DNA of 64,000 nt from Macrostomum lignano (taxonomy: Eukaryota), in assembly GCA_002269645.1 (NCBI GenBank), contig NIVC01001769.1, positions 1 through 64,000 on the forward strand, written 5' to 3'. The notes under the pieces were generated by a model that was not told where the DNA came from, ran no database searches, and saw only the letters and a program-made list of their open reading frames with translations. Positions 1 to 13,293 of this stretch are shown here, piece by piece (position 1 is the stretch's first letter; the number at the start of each line of letters is the position of its first letter). A program made the position numbers and the translations under genes.

Positions 1-529
1 TTGAAAAAGGAAGAGGTCGAGAAAAGAAGAGCGACGTTGTACCAAGTGCTCCTACTCGTCGCAGCGAGCGTTTGAAAAACCAGCAGCAAGTGGTCAACTA
101 TGCAAATTCTTTACCACGGAAACAGAGATTGACAAACGCAGAAAATCATATCTGCGAACGCCGTTCGATCGTCGCTAGGAAGACGGCACCTTTGGCAGCA
201 GGAGCAGGCAAGATAAACGTCAGTCTGATAATATTCCAGCTACTTCTACGTATTCATCACCAGCGAAAGACACGTGCTACTCAGGAGAAGCCTGATGAAG
301 CGATCCGTTCGTCACCCAGAAAGCGGCCTACAATGGAGCAGCAGCCAGCTAAAGAAAATGTTCCGCAGAGCAGCAACTTTCAGAAGAGAGCGCTCAAGAT
401 GCTCCAATTGTTGAAGATGAAATCGGAGATCCTAATCTGCCAAAGTGCCTTCGGCAATCCGTTTCAGCAGACCAGTTCAAAAAGATGAGGCAAGACTTTT
501 TCAATGAAAACATAACAAAAGTATCACAT

Positions 530-1799
530 TTGAAACAGTGCTACGTGTGTAGGGAAAAGTTTCCTGGAAAATATTTTAGCATCGATTCTGAAGACATGTG
601 GCGATCGTTGTTTCAGAGATGACAATGAGCCGAAATCGTTTAGCCAAGAAAACAATGCGATTCCGATGTTGGAGCAGCCAGAAGATTTGCAAGATTTGAG
701 TGTAGCAGAGGCAAATTGTATTTCGCCAGTTTTGTCGGTTATTGTTGTGGTAGCAAATTTTTCCCCAAAAAGGCAAACAAAAATCGAGAGGACACGGAAT
801 CATGTTGCCTCAAGATCAGTCGCACGTTTTTGCGAGAGCTGCCAAGACGATCTCTGCCAGTTGTTTTAATGTACGACGAAAGAGCCCGTGTTCAGCCTGG
901 AGAGCGCAAAGCGGCACAATGAACAATTTGCGAGTTCGACGCGACAAAGTGACTAATGCGATGCGCTATTTAATGCAAACAACAAGTACTTTAGACAGTA
1001 TCAGGTTTCAATGAATAATGATGCGTCTACATCTGCCTGAAGATGGTTATGCTCATCAAGTAGAAGGTATGATTGTCGAAATGCAGTCTGACAATGAAGT
1101 GAATTTCGAGGCGGCACAGCAAGAAGGGCGGCTCAGCCAGAGCTGAGCGATTGGCAGCAACAAGTAGAAAAAATGGCGGACGAGACGAACGAGCTCGAGG
1201 AAACAATTATTCGCTGTTGGAGACTCTTTGCGTCGATTGAATCGGCAGTACGAGACAAATTTTTTGAGTGAAAAATTGAAATGGCCAGCAAGAAGCAACG
1301 AGCGGTAAACGAATTTCAGGATGAAGGATATTTTAGCATTGGCTTATCCTCATCTCTTTCCGGATGGAGGCAGGAGATTATAGTACGCCACGTAATTTTG
1401 GACTAAGTTTGGGCGACTATGCAAAGCATTTGATGCAATTCCGGTGTCCAAGATTTCGTACCGATTTGCGGTTTAAATTTTACATTGAAAATATGGTGAT
1501 GCGTGGAGGCGCTGGAAGTTGGTCGCGTGTTTGTACACGACAACAAGTATGCTGGATTAAGTGCCAAGGAAATGATTGAAGCACTAAATGACCCGGCAGT
1601 ATTGGCTAGCGTGTCAGTTCGAGCATCAGATTTGCGAGGCACAAGCGCTTATTGGCAGAGTAAAGGACGGCAATTGGAAGCCATGATTCGAACGCTTGGT
1701 GTTCCTCATTTTTTCGTGACACTATCGCAGCAGATGTACATTGGCCAGAGTTGCAGCATGCCTGGGGAATCGATGCAGAGCAATATGAAAGCAATGTAG
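530..1799 (+). pseudogene. Frameshifted N-terminal part of the Helitron Rep ORF
   Basis: Fragments in different frames: CYVCREKF...FSQENNAIP...LQDL (530-730) and ...RASDLRGTSAYWQ...MIRTLGVPHFFVTLS (ORF 1503-1799). Confidence 0.7.
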
Positions 1800-1878
1800 A
1801 ACTAAGAGCAGAAATGTTGTCAAAGTTGCAAAAAGATCCCGGAATGGCAGACACTGTGTTTTGGTTGCGATTTGAAAC

Positions 1879-3333
1879 ATGTTGAAAACGTTTTTGGTCG
1901 AGCACTGGAAAGTAAACGATTATTGGTTTCGCATAGAATATCAGAGTCGCGGAAGTCCACACGTTCACGGTTGCATTTGGATGCCAGATGGTGTTGATGT
2001 GACATCGAATACATTGAATGCAGAAGAATTGACGAGCTTTGTTGACAAGTACATCTGTAGTTGGAATTTGGCCATGGACGAATCGGATTATGGAAATCAA
2101 GTTTTGAATGGCAGTTTAGCAGGTCAAGGTCATCCAGCTCAACTGAAACCGGAAGAGATTGAAAATGACAAGCAAGATTTGCAGTTAATTTCGCATTTGA
2201 CAGAGAGGCACACTATTTGCAGTAAAAAGTGCTTGCGAACAGTAAAAGGCAAACAAGAGTGCCGATTCAAGTATCCGCGCGAGCCGCAGGAAAAGACTGT
2301 TGCAAAGCGAGTATCCCGTTTAAATTGGCAAGTTGAGACGCAGCGCAACGACGAGCGAATGATTTCTCACAGTCCGCAGTTGCTGTGCATGTGGAGAGCC
2401 AATGTCGATGTTCAAATGATTTCGTCCGTGAAGAATTTGATTCGCTATTTGATCAAGTATGCGACAAAAAGCGAAAAGGAGTCGGATTATATGGCGGAGC
2501 TGACAAAGCGTCTTCATAAGGAGTTGGAAGATAATGCAGAACAGAATGCCGATAACAATTTTCAGCGTAGCAACACTGCAAGGCGTGTTGTACAACAACA
2601 CTTGATGGCGCAAGTTGGAGGCGGTGATTATTCGGCGCAAGAGGCAATGCATTTGCTATTGCAGACGTCAATGTACAAGGGTTCGCGAGAATTTGTTTTT
2701 GTTCAGACTGGCGAAACCCGCGCAGTGGAGGAAAAGGGTGTTTGCAGGAATAGTTGCGACAAGTATTCAAAGCGTGCAAAGAATTTGGAAAATGTAACAA
2801 TGTTTCGTTTCTTTTCCGACTACTGTCTCAGCCCTAATGGGAGGTGCACAAAAAGGCCGAAACAAGTAGTTTTGCTAATCAGTCCATTTTTTCGACCGAA
2901 TGAGCAATCAGACGAAAGACGCGAAGGCTATTATCGGCAGCAGGTTTTGTTGTACAGTTGTTGGCGAAATGAGCGAGAAGCCAAAGGTTTGCACACAAGC
3001 TGGCAGCAAGCGTACGAAGCCATGCCTGCTGAGAATCGATGCGAGCTGCAGCTGCCCAATTTGGACGATTTGCGCAACGACGAAGCTGACGAAGAAGTCG
3101 AAGCAGTTGCGGAGCTACCCGAAATGACCAACGCAAATGCGCAATCTGCTGCTCAGCCAACTTATGAGCACGAAGAGCAAGAAGATTGGATGGTTGCAGT
3201 GGGGGCACTTCATCGCGAGAGAAATCTATTGGCCTGTCCAGAAGATCAATTGCCAAAGCCGCCAGAAAATTTTGACTGGAGCGCAGCTAGTGGCGGCCAG
3301 TTTCCAACGTTGGAGAAGCAAAGGCGTTTTTAA
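1879..3333 (+). CDS. Helitron Rep (HUH endonuclease) domain ORF, 484 aa
   Basis: YWFRIEYQSRGSPHVHGCIW, HTICSKKC...CRFKYP, ANVDVQ, YLIKYATKSE and YSAQEAMHLLL motifs. Confidence 0.88.
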   Translation: MLKTFLVEHWKVNDYWFRIEYQSRGSPHVHGCIWMPDGVDVTSNTLNAEELTSFVDKYICSWNLAMDESDYGNQVLNGSLAGQGHPAQLKPEEIENDKQDLQLISHLTERHTICSKKCLRTVKGKQECRFKYPREPQEKTVAKRVSRLNWQVETQRNDERMISHSPQLLCMWRANVDVQMISSVKNLIRYLIKYATKSEKESDYMAELTKRLHKELEDNAEQNADNNFQRSNTARRVVQQHLMAQVGGGDYSAQEAMHLLLQTSMYKGSREFVFVQTGETRAVEEKGVCRNSCDKYSKRAKNLENVTMFRFFSDYCLSPNGRCTKRPKQVVLLISPFFRPNEQSDERREGYYRQQVLLYSCWRNEREAKGLHTSWQQAYEAMPAENRCELQLPNLDDLRNDEADEEVEAVAELPEMTNANAQSAAQPTYEHEEQEDWMVAVGALHRERNLLACPEDQLPKPPENFDWSAASGGQFPTLEKQRRF

Positions 3334-3371
3334 GTAGCGACCTAAAACTTGGCGCAAGAGAGGTCGCTGAC

Positions 3372-4889
3372 ATGCCGATAAACAGTGTTGAATCGCTTAA
3401 TGTTCGGCAGCGAGAAATGTACAACCTAATTGAAAGTCATTTGCAGCTTTCAAGACTAGCCGAAGAAAACCAAGGCGAAAAGCCGGAGCCTCTCAAAGCA
3501 ATTTTGTATGGTAGCGCTGGAACTGGAAAAAGCTACTTGATTTCTACATTGCGTCGGTTGATTGGAGAATCAAGATGCAGAATTATGGCATCAACAGGCG
3601 TAGCCGCTTTCAATATTGCAGGCGAAACTTTGCACTCGGCTTTGAAATTGAATGTAAATTTTAGTGCTGGTGTTGGCAAGAAATCCCTAATGGAGATGCA
3701 AGAGCAGTGGAAAGATGTGCGCTACATTTTTATTGACGAATTTAGCATGCTTGGCCAAAGGTTACTCCGTAAGGTGGATGCTCGTTTGCGCGAATTGTTT
3801 CCAGAACACAGTAAACAGAGTTTTGGTGGTCGATCTGTAATCCTAATTGGCGACGTGTTTCAATTGCCTCCAGTTTTGGACACGCAACTGTACGTTTACA
3901 ATCCAAATCAAAAGAAGCACGATATATTGAAATCTGAAGGCTATAAATTGTACATGGAGTTCAAAAAGGTTGTGCATCTGACAGAACAAGTCCGACAAGC
4001 AAACGATACGGAATTCGCCCAGTTGTTGGATAAACTTCGCGAAGGCAAGGCCGACGAAGCCTGCTGGAATTCGTTGATGAACAATTGTCGCGTCTATGCT
4101 CCCGACCTTTTGCCTGAAGGTTTCCAAAGCGGGTGTACATTTTTATATCACACTAACGAGGATGTGAGAAATCGCAACTACATGCTATTGGGAAAGATGG
4201 TTTCCGAATTGAATCCTGTGCGGCAAATTAACGCAATTTGTAAAGGAGACGAAGCAAAATTGTGTGGCAAAAAGAAGGAACATAAAAAATCGGATACGAA
4301 TCTGGAGAAGCGACTCTATTTGTGTATTGGTGCTCGAGTAATGCTAACTAGAAATCTGTCAGTACGCAATGGACTTGTGAATGGATCAGTTGGAACTGTA
4401 CGAGGAATTTGCTACGCTCCTGGAAGGCAATCACCAAAGGATTGGCCAGATTGTATTTGGGTTGAATTTGACAATTATTCTGGCCCAGCAATGGGGGCAA
4501 TTGTACAAGATAATCGTGCAATTCGTGTAGTGCCAATTCTGTCAGTAACGAATGAAAAGTTTAAAGGAGGAGCCCAATTGTCGCGTCAACAATTTCCACT
4601 ACGATTGGCTTGGGCTAGTACGATTCACAAGAGCCAAGGACTTACAATTCCAAAAGCGTACGTGGCGTTTAGCAAAGGAGGCGCCAGGAAAGCTATTCCA
4701 GCTGGATTATTTTATACTGCGGTGAGTAGAGTTCGTGCATTTGCAGATTTGCGAGTATCAAGTTGCGATTACAACAATTTCGTGAGCCTTTTTTCTGCAC
4801 AAAAAGTGCAGACGCAGTTGCATGAGCAAAAGCGTTTGCTGAGAATGTGCTCATCGCGAATTCTGATAGCCGCTAACTTGCTATTCTAA
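3372..4889 (+). CDS. PIF1-family (SF1B) DNA helicase of the Helitron, 505 aa
   Basis: Walker A GSAGTGKS, ASTGVAA, Walker B FIDEFSM, GDVFQLPPV, QFPLRLAWASTIHKSQGLT and YTAVSRV. Confidence 0.93.
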   Translation: MPINSVESLNVRQREMYNLIESHLQLSRLAEENQGEKPEPLKAILYGSAGTGKSYLISTLRRLIGESRCRIMASTGVAAFNIAGETLHSALKLNVNFSAGVGKKSLMEMQEQWKDVRYIFIDEFSMLGQRLLRKVDARLRELFPEHSKQSFGGRSVILIGDVFQLPPVLDTQLYVYNPNQKKHDILKSEGYKLYMEFKKVVHLTEQVRQANDTEFAQLLDKLREGKADEACWNSLMNNCRVYAPDLLPEGFQSGCTFLYHTNEDVRNRNYMLLGKMVSELNPVRQINAICKGDEAKLCGKKKEHKKSDTNLEKRLYLCIGARVMLTRNLSVRNGLVNGSVGTVRGICYAPGRQSPKDWPDCIWVEFDNYSGPAMGAIVQDNRAIRVVPILSVTNEKFKGGAQLSRQQFPLRLAWASTIHKSQGLTIPKAYVAFSKGGARKAIPAGLFYTAVSRVRAFADLRVSSCDYNNFVSLFSAQKVQTQLHEQKRLLRMCSSRILIAANLLF

Positions 4890-4890
4890 A

Positions 4891-7800
4891 GTCGGCAACT
4901 ATTTAGTCAGCAACTATCCATCCAGTCAGCATCCGTCCAGTCAGCAGCCGTCAGTCAGCAACAATCCAGTCAGCAACCATCCAGTCAGCAACCATCCAGT
5001 CAGCAAACATCCATCCAGTCAGCAACCATTCGTCCAGTCAGCATCCATCCAGTCAGCAACCATCCAGTCAGCAACCATCCAGTCAGCATCCGTCCAGTCA
5101 GCAGCCATCCAGTCAGCAACCGTCCATCCAGTCAGCAACAATCCAGTCAGCAATCATCCAGTCAGCAACCATCCAGTCACAACCATCCAGTCAGCAGTCA
5201 TCCAGTCAGCAACCATCCGTCCAGTCAGCAACCATCCGTCCAGTCAGCAATCATCCGTCCAGTCAGCGACCATCCAGTCGGCAACCATCCAGTCACAACC
5301 ATACGTCCAGTCAGCAACCATCCAGTCAGCAACCATCCAGTCAGCAACCATCCATCCATTCAGCAACCATCCAGTCAGCAACCATCCAGTCAGCAACCAT
5401 CCAGTCAGCAACCATTCGTCCAGCAACCATCCATCCAGTCAGCAACAATCCAGTCAGCAACCATCCAGTCAGCAAACATCCATCCAGTCAGCAACCATTC
5501 GTCCAGTCAGCATCCATCCAGTCAGCAACCATCCAGTCAGCAACCATCCAGTCAGCATCCGTCCAGTCAGCAGCCATCCAGTCAGCAACCGTCCATCCAG
5601 TCAGCAACAATCCAGTCAGCAATCATCCAGTCAGCAACCATCCAGTCACAACCATCCAGTCAGCAGTCATCCAGTCAGCAACCATCCGTCCAGTCAGCAA
5701 CCATCCGTCCAGTCAGCAATCATCCGTCCAGTCAGCGACCATCCAGTCGGCAACCATCCAGTCACAACCATACGTCCAGTCAGCAACCATCCAGTCAGCA
5801 ACCATCCAGTCAGCAACCATCCATCCATTCAGCAACCATCCAGTCAGCAACCATCCAGTCAGCAACCATCCAGTCAGCAACCATTCGTCCAGCAACCATC
5901 CATCCAGTCAGCAACAATCCAGTCAGCAACCATCCAGTCAGCAACCATCCAGTCAGCAACCATCCGTCCAGTCAGCAACCATCCAGTCAGCAGCCATCCT
6001 GTCAGCAGCCATCCAGTCAGCAGCCATCCAGTCAGCAACCGTCCATCCAGTCAGCACCCATCCAGTCAACAACCATCCAGTCAGCGACCATCCAGTCAGC
6101 AACCATCCAGTCAGCAACCATCCAGTCAACAACAGTCCATCCAGTCAGCAAACATCCATCCAGTCAGCAACCATCCAGTCAACAACAGTCCATCCAGTCA
6201 GCAACCATCCATCCAGTCAGCAACAATCCAGTCACAACCATACATCCAGTCAGCAACCATCCAGTCAGCAACCATCCGTCCAGTCAGCAACCATCCAGTC
6301 AGCAGCCATCCTGTCAGCAGCCATCCAGTCAGCAGCCATCCAGTCAGCAACCGTCCATCCAGTCAGCACCCATCCAGTCAACAACCATCCAGTCAGCGAC
6401 CATCCAGTCAGCAACCATCCAGTCAGCAACCATCCAGTCAGCAAACATCCATCCAGTCAGCAACCATCCAGTCAACAACAGTCCATCAAGTCAGCAACCA
6501 ATCATCCAGTCAGCAACAATCCAGTCAGCAACAATCCAGTCAGCAACAATCCAGTCACAACCATACATCCAGTCAGCAACCATCCAGTCAGCAACCGTCC
6601 ATCCAGTCAGCAACAATCCAGTCAGCAACAATCCAGTCAGCAACCGTCCATCCAGTCAGCAACTATCCAGTCAGCAACCATCCATCCAGTCAGCAACCGT
6701 CCAGTCAACAACCATCCAGTCAGCGACCATCCAGTCAGCAACCATCCAGTCAGCAACCATCCAGTCAACAACAGTCCATCCAGTCAGCAAACATCCATCC
6801 AGTCAGCAACCATCCAGTCAACAACAGTCCATCCAGTCAGCAACCATCCATCCAGTCAGCAACAATCCAGTCACAACCATACATCCAGTCAGCAACCATC
6901 CAGTCAGCAACCATCCGTCCAGTCAGCAACCATCCAGTCAGCAGCCATCCGTCCAGTCAGCAACCATCCAGTCAGCAGCCATCCAGTCAGCAACCGTCCA
7001 TCCAGTCAGCACCCATCCAGTCAACAACCATCCAGTCAGCGACCATCCAGTCAGCAACCATCCAGTCAGCAACCATCCAGTCAGCAAACATCCATCCAGT
7101 CAGCAACCATCCAGTCAACAACAGTCCATCAAGTCAGCAACCAATCATCCAGTCAGCAACAATCCAGTCAGCAACAATCCAGTCAGCAACAATCCAGTCA
7201 CAACCATACATCCAGTCAGCAACCATCCAGTCAGCAACCGTCCATCCAGTCAGCAACAATCCAGTCAGCAACAATCCAGTCAGCAACCGTCCATCCAGTC
7301 AGCAACTATCCAGTCAGCAACCATCCATCCAGTCAGCAACCGTCCAGTCAGCAACCATCCAGTCAGCAATCATCCATCCAGTCAGCAACCATCCAGTCAA
7401 CAACCGTCCATCCAGTCAGCAACCATCCAGTCAACAACCATCCAGTCAGCGACCATCCAGTCAGCAACCATCCAGTCAGCAACCATCCAGTCAGCAACCA
7501 TCCAGTCAGCAAACATCCATCCAGTCAGCAACCATCCAGTCAACAACAGTCCATCCAGTCAGCAACCATCCATCCAGTCAGCAACAATCCAGTCACAACC
7601 ATACATCCAGTCAGCAACCATCCAGTCAGCAACCGTCCATCCAGTCAGCAACAATCCAGTCAGCAACAATCCAGTCACAACCATACATCCAGTCAGCAAC
7701 CATCCAGTCAGCAACCGTCCATCCAGTCAGCAACAATCCAGTCAGGAACAATCCAGTCAGCAACCATCCAGTCAGCAACCATCCAGTCAGCAACCGTCCA

Positions 7801-10650
7801 TCCAGTCAGCAACAATCCAGTCACAACCATCCGTCCAGTCAGCAACCATCCAGTCAGCAAACATCCATCCAGTCGGAAACCATCCAGGCAGCAACCATCT
7901 AGTCAGCAACCATCCATCGAGTCAGCAACCGTCCAGTCAGCAACCATCCAGTCAGCAGCCATCCTGTCAGCAGCCATCCAGTCAGCAAACATTCATCCAG
8001 TCAGCAACCATCCATCCAGTCAGCACCCATCCAGTCAACAACCATCCAGTCAGCGACCATCCAGTCAGCAACCATCCAGTCAGCAACCATCCAGTCAGCA
8101 AACATCCATCCAGTCAGCAACCATCCAGTCAGCAAACATCCATCCAGTCAGCAACCATCCAGTCAACAACAGTCCATCAAGTCAGCAACCAATCATCCAG
8201 TCAGCAACAATCCAGTCAGCAACAATCCAGTCAGCAACAATCCAGTCACAACCATACATCCAGTCAGCAACCATCCAGTCAGCAACCGTCCATCCAGTCA
8301 GCAACAATCCAGTCAGCAACAATCCAGTCAGCAACCGTCCATCCAGTCAGCAACTATCCAGTCAGCAACCATCCATCCAGTCAGCAACCGTCCAGTCAGC
8401 AACCATCCAGTCAGCAATCATCCATCCAGTCAGCAACCATCCAGTCAACAACCGTCCATCCAGTCAGCAACCATCCAGTCAACAACCATCCAGTCAGCGA
8501 CCATCCAGTCAGCAACCATCCAGTCAGCAACCATCCAGTCAGCAACCATCCAGTCAGCAAACATCCATCCAGTCAGCAATTATCCAGTCAACAACAGTCC
8601 ATCCAGTCAGCAACCATCCATCCAGTCAGCAACAATCCAGTCACAACCATACATCCAGTCAGCAACCATCCAGTCAGCAACCGTCCATCCAGTCAGCAAC
8701 AATCCAGTCAGCAACAATCCAGTCACAACCATACATCCAGTCAGCAACCATCCAGTCAGCAACCGTCCATCCAGTCAGCAACAATCCAGTCAGGAACAAT
8801 CCAGTCAGCAACCATCCAGTCAGCAACCATCCAGTCAGCAACCGTCCATCCAGTCAGCAACAATCCAGTCACAACCATCCGTCCAGTCAGCAACCATCCA
8901 GTCAGCAAACATCCATCCAGTCGGAAACCATCCAGGCAGCAACCATCTAGTCAGCAACCATCCATCGAGTCAGCAACCGTCCAGTCAGCAACCATCCTGT
9001 CAGCAGCCATCCTGTCAGCAGCCATCCAGTCAGCAAACATTCATCCAGTCAGCAACCATCCATCCAGTCAGCACCCATCCAGTCAACAACCATCCAGTCA
9101 GCGACCATCCAGTCAGCAACCATCCAGTCAGCAACCATCCAGTCAGCAAACATCCATCCAGTCAGCAACCATCCAGTCAACAACAGTCCATCCAGTCAGC
9201 AACAATCCAGTCAGCAACAATCCAGTCACAACCATACATCCAGTCAGCAACCATCCAGTCAGCAGCCATCTAGTCAGCAGCCATCGAGTCAGCAGCCATC
9301 CAGTGAGCAACCGTCCATCCAGTTAGCAACCATCCAGTCAGCAACCATCCGTCCAGTCAGCAACCATCCAGTCAGCAGCCATCCTGTCAGCAGCCATCCA
9401 GTCAGCAGCCATCCAGTCAGCAACCGTCCATCCAGTCAGCACCCATCCAGTCAACAACCATCCAGTCAGCGACCATCCAGTCAGCAACCATCCAGTCAGC
9501 AACCATCCAGTCAGCAAACATCCATCCAGTCAGCAACCATCCAGTCAACAACAGTCTATCAAGTCAGCAACCAATCATCCAGTCAGCAACAATCCAGTCA
9601 GCAACAATCCAGTCAGCAACAATCCAGTCACAACCATACATCCAGTCAGCAACCATCCAGTCAGCAACCGTCCATCCAGTCAGCAACAATCCAGTCAGCA
9701 ACAATCCAGTCAGCAACCGTCCATCCAGTCAGCAACTATCCAGTCAGCAACCATCCATCCAGTCAGCAACCGTCCAGTCAGCAACCATCCAGTCAGCAAT
9801 CATCCATCCAGTTAGCAACCATCCAGTCAGCAACCATCCGTCCAGTCAGCAACCATCCAGTCAGCAGCCATCCTGTCAGCAGCCATCCAGTCAGCAGCCA
9901 TCCAGTCAGCAACCATCCAGTCAGCAACCATCCAGTCAGCAACCGTCCATCCAGTCAGCAACAATCCAGTCACAACCATCCGTCCAGTCAGCAACCATCC
10001 AGTCAGCAAACATCCATCCAGTCGGAAACCATCCAGGCAGCAACCATCTAGTCAGCAACCATCCATCGAGTCAGCAACCGTCCAGTCAGCAACCATCCAG
10101 TCAGCAGCCATCCTGTCAGCAGCCATCCAGTCAGCAAACATCCATCCAGTCAGCAACCATCCATCCAGTCAGCACCCATCCAGTCAACAACCATCCAGTC
10201 AGCGACCATCCAGTCAGCAACCATCCAGTCAGCAACCATCCAGTCAGCAAACATCCATCCAGTCAGCAACCATCCAGTCAACAACAGTCCATCCAGTCAG
10301 CAACAATCCAGTCAGCAACAATCCAGTCACAACCATACATCCAGTCAGCAACCATCCAGTCAGCAGCCATCTAGTCAGCAGCCATCGAGTCAGCAGCCAT
10401 CCAGTGAGCAACCGTCCATCCAGTTAGCAACCATCCAGTCAGCAACAATCCAGTCACAACCATACGTCCAGTCAGCAACCATCCAGTCAGCAACCATCCG
10501 TCCAGTCAGCAACCATTCCAGTCAGCAACAATCCAGTCACAACCATACGTCCAGTCAGCAACCATCCAGTCAGCAACCGTCCATCCAGTCAGCAACCATC
10601 CAGTCAGCAACAATCCAGTCACAACCATACGTCCAGTCAACAACCATCCA
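4891..10650. repeat. ~5.7 kb minisatellite, core CCAGTCAGCAACCAT (15 bp, with 4-bp CCAT/CCGT insertion variants), showing higher-order repeats
   Basis: Directly visible. Identical translated blocks 469 bp apart (5244/5713). The marker variant CCAGGCAGCAACCATCTAG occurs at 7884, 8932 and 10033. Confidence 0.98.
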
Positions 10651-11668
10651 ATTATTTACGATAAATTGCGTAATTTGCGTTGCAGTGGCTGCTGAATTCT
10701 CATAAGCAAAGCACTTAAAAAGCTAATGTCTGCTCGAGTTACAATTTAAATATTCTTTCCAAAAACGAACACTCTATTGAGTGGGTACTGCGCGCATGTT
10801 TGCCGTTTGGCGGTTTTGATACAAATTTGCGAAACTATTATTGCGCGCAGCACCGCCCACAAAATGTGCAGTGAAAGTCCCTAAAAGTGTGAGTAGCATT
10901 GATTAACCTTTCACAGTGTAAAAAAATTTACAGTGTAAAAAATGGTGTAAAGTTTCCATAAAAATATCTTTGTTTTTAATTCTCATTGCACTGTGTGAGG
11001 TTAGTTAAATGCTCGACGCTTTTTGTTTTAGACACGGCAGTATTTTTCTCATATAATAGTTTACATATTTATTGATTAATTCGTTTTTTCGGAGTTTTGA
11101 AAGCTGCTGTGCCTAATTATGGATTTAGCTAAATGATCAGGCTACCTAATGTTGGGTAACTTGTATCAAATGGCAAAGCATTTCACTGCAAAGTCGCATC
11201 CGGTGGTTTCACGTACCTGTGGGCGTTAAACTGTACATTTGAAATGCTGAATTTCTAGGAAAATCTCATTTCAAATTACAGTGAACAGAATCGGAGCGGC
11301 GAAAATTTTTTTTAACTAATTTCGTTGTTAATTGCAAGATTATTTTTCGTAAGTCCAAATGTCCAAGATATTTATTATGAGTATTATTTCTTGGACCTTA
11401 GTATATGATGTTAATTCATGTGTCTCAGTTTGATTTTTTGAGTCTATTTAATAGAACTTTGTGATTAAAAAATTAATGAATGGTAAATTATAATTAATTA
11501 GTCACATAGGACATATGTAACTAAAATACGTAGCATCTAAGTAGTTTACAATAGTTTAACATTTTTAGGGTTTTATGTGTTGCAAAACTGTACTCAAAGA
11601 AATCAAAAATAATTTCGAAATATTGAGCAATTAATGCACTTCGACCTGCTAAGGTGGCACACCTTCAA

Positions 11669-12881
11669 TCTAGTTAGATTTTTTTGTTTTAGCTTTTTTT
11701 CTCATTGAACTCAGTCTATGGCAATCTTTCTATACAATTGACTTATCAGAATCAAAATGCCCAGTTTGTGTATTTGGTTGAAATTTGTTTTGTTTCATCT
11801 TGATCATCATGAATGACTACTGTAATGCCGAGAATCCATAGGCAGGGCTGCGTTGTCTCATCGTTTCGACGACGCGACTAAGCATTAACCATAGACGAAA
11901 CTGGCGGGCACGGCGCACCCTAACGCACTTTAAACAACGTTGTCACACACAGCCAGCGAGAGGAATTGCTGCCCATTTTGCTGACTCACCTGCGCAGGCA
12001 CACAATTGCACTCGGATTCGTACGCAGTCATACGCGTTGGCAAACATTCAACACAGGAGTGTTCAGCCAATCCTAACTTTTCGTACTCGTACCGTTTTGG
12101 CATGTACACTTCACTGACTTCACTGTGCCTTGGTGGTTGGCTCTCAATTGAGTTAGTTGCATACGAGCGGAGCTAAGCCGAGATTCCAATTTAGCACCAA
12201 ATTAACTTGACTGCACGTGGAATCGAGCCTGGGCCGCTGGTGTATGAAGACCAAAAGACCACTGGGCGCCGCACAAACCAGTCCATTAGTGCTTCCAGCA
12301 ACAAAGGCATTAAAACACGAACTTGGCACAGAAACGAAGCGGGCCTCCAAAGCCAAACACAACGGGGGATAAGAGCAGCAGCTAGGCATTGAGCAAAAAA
12401 CAAATCAGCGGGAAGAGCACCGTCAAAAATGAGCACTAAGGGCGGAAGAAAAAACGCAGAGAGGCCGCAGCAACACCCGAGTTGGGCAAGTAGCGCTCCA
12501 CCGCCGAACTCTTCCAGTCGCCGATCCGATGGTTCTCCGCCACCGGCAGGCCCATGTGAGCTGCCCAGATGGCCCCACCTGGGCGCAGGCTGTGAGTCGA
12601 GTAGAGCTTGCCGCCACACCCAGCCCTCTGCAGCTTAGAGTCAAGAAACCGGTCCAGGTCCCTAGGGGGTAGATGGCGCCGCTGTCCATTGCGATCGATG
12701 AAGGACCAGAGTGGCGCCTCGGCTATTGCCAGCTTGTTGACCCACAGAAGTCGGCGAATCGCCACTACCGGTCAGAGCGCGGGGCAGGCGGGGAACTTCG
12801 GAAGCAGGACGCGATGGACTCGATCTCGGAACTGCACCGCACAAACCGGTCCATTAAAAATTAGTCGAGGCATTCTGTCTA
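11669..12881 (-). repeat. 1.2 kb segment, near-identical inverted copy of 26430-27642 (YR remnant + SINE + S4 upstream sequence)
   Basis: The same ORF set appears on opposite strands in the track. Both ends were traced by manual alignment. Confidence 0.93.
12436..12765 (-). pseudogene. Tyrosine recombinase C-terminal remnant (DIRS/Ngaro/Crypton-type)
   Basis: YSTHSLRPGGA...IGDWKSSAVERY (HxxR, GxW and catalytic Y). The upstream xPV motif has TGA where Cys is expected. Confidence 0.75.
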
Positions 12882-13293
12882 AAAATAAAAAACTGTTCAA
12901 TATTAACTCCCTATAGTGTCATGAAAATTTTCCATTATTCATACCATGCCCATGGACTGCTCGTATTAGGGCATCATCAAACTATTAACAGATAAGCTGA
13001 GGACATGCTGTAAGATTTTGTCTAGCTGAAAGAAATTAAAAAAACATGCCAAAACGACATCACTGATGACATTGCAGGTAAAGTGCAGCCGGATTAGGTA
13101 TATTTTGCTTTGCTTTGGAGTATTAAATAAATTGTAGTAGGAGCGTCCGTGATACGTTATATCACATCAATATAGGTTCGGTTCTTTCAGTGTTGTTACT
13201 TTTCAGAGCAATGCATCCACTTTCGTCAAACTATTATTTAGTTATACAATACTGAATTGTAAGCTGTAGCATGCGTAGTTTGACATCTGTCGA

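Larger units (their letters stand above)
1..4889 (+). mobile_element. Helitron (Rep-helicase) element, coding region; 5' end outside the window or not recognised
   Basis: Collinear Cys-rich N-terminal remnant, Rep motif 1 (PHFFVTLS), HUH motif (EYQSRGSPHVH), YxxKY (YLIKYATK) and a PIF1-type helicase. The 5' part is broken by frameshifts. Confidence 0.92.

Noticed and set aside
5244-10009. VADW/LTGW-repeat ORFs
   Set aside because: Chance translations of the satellite.
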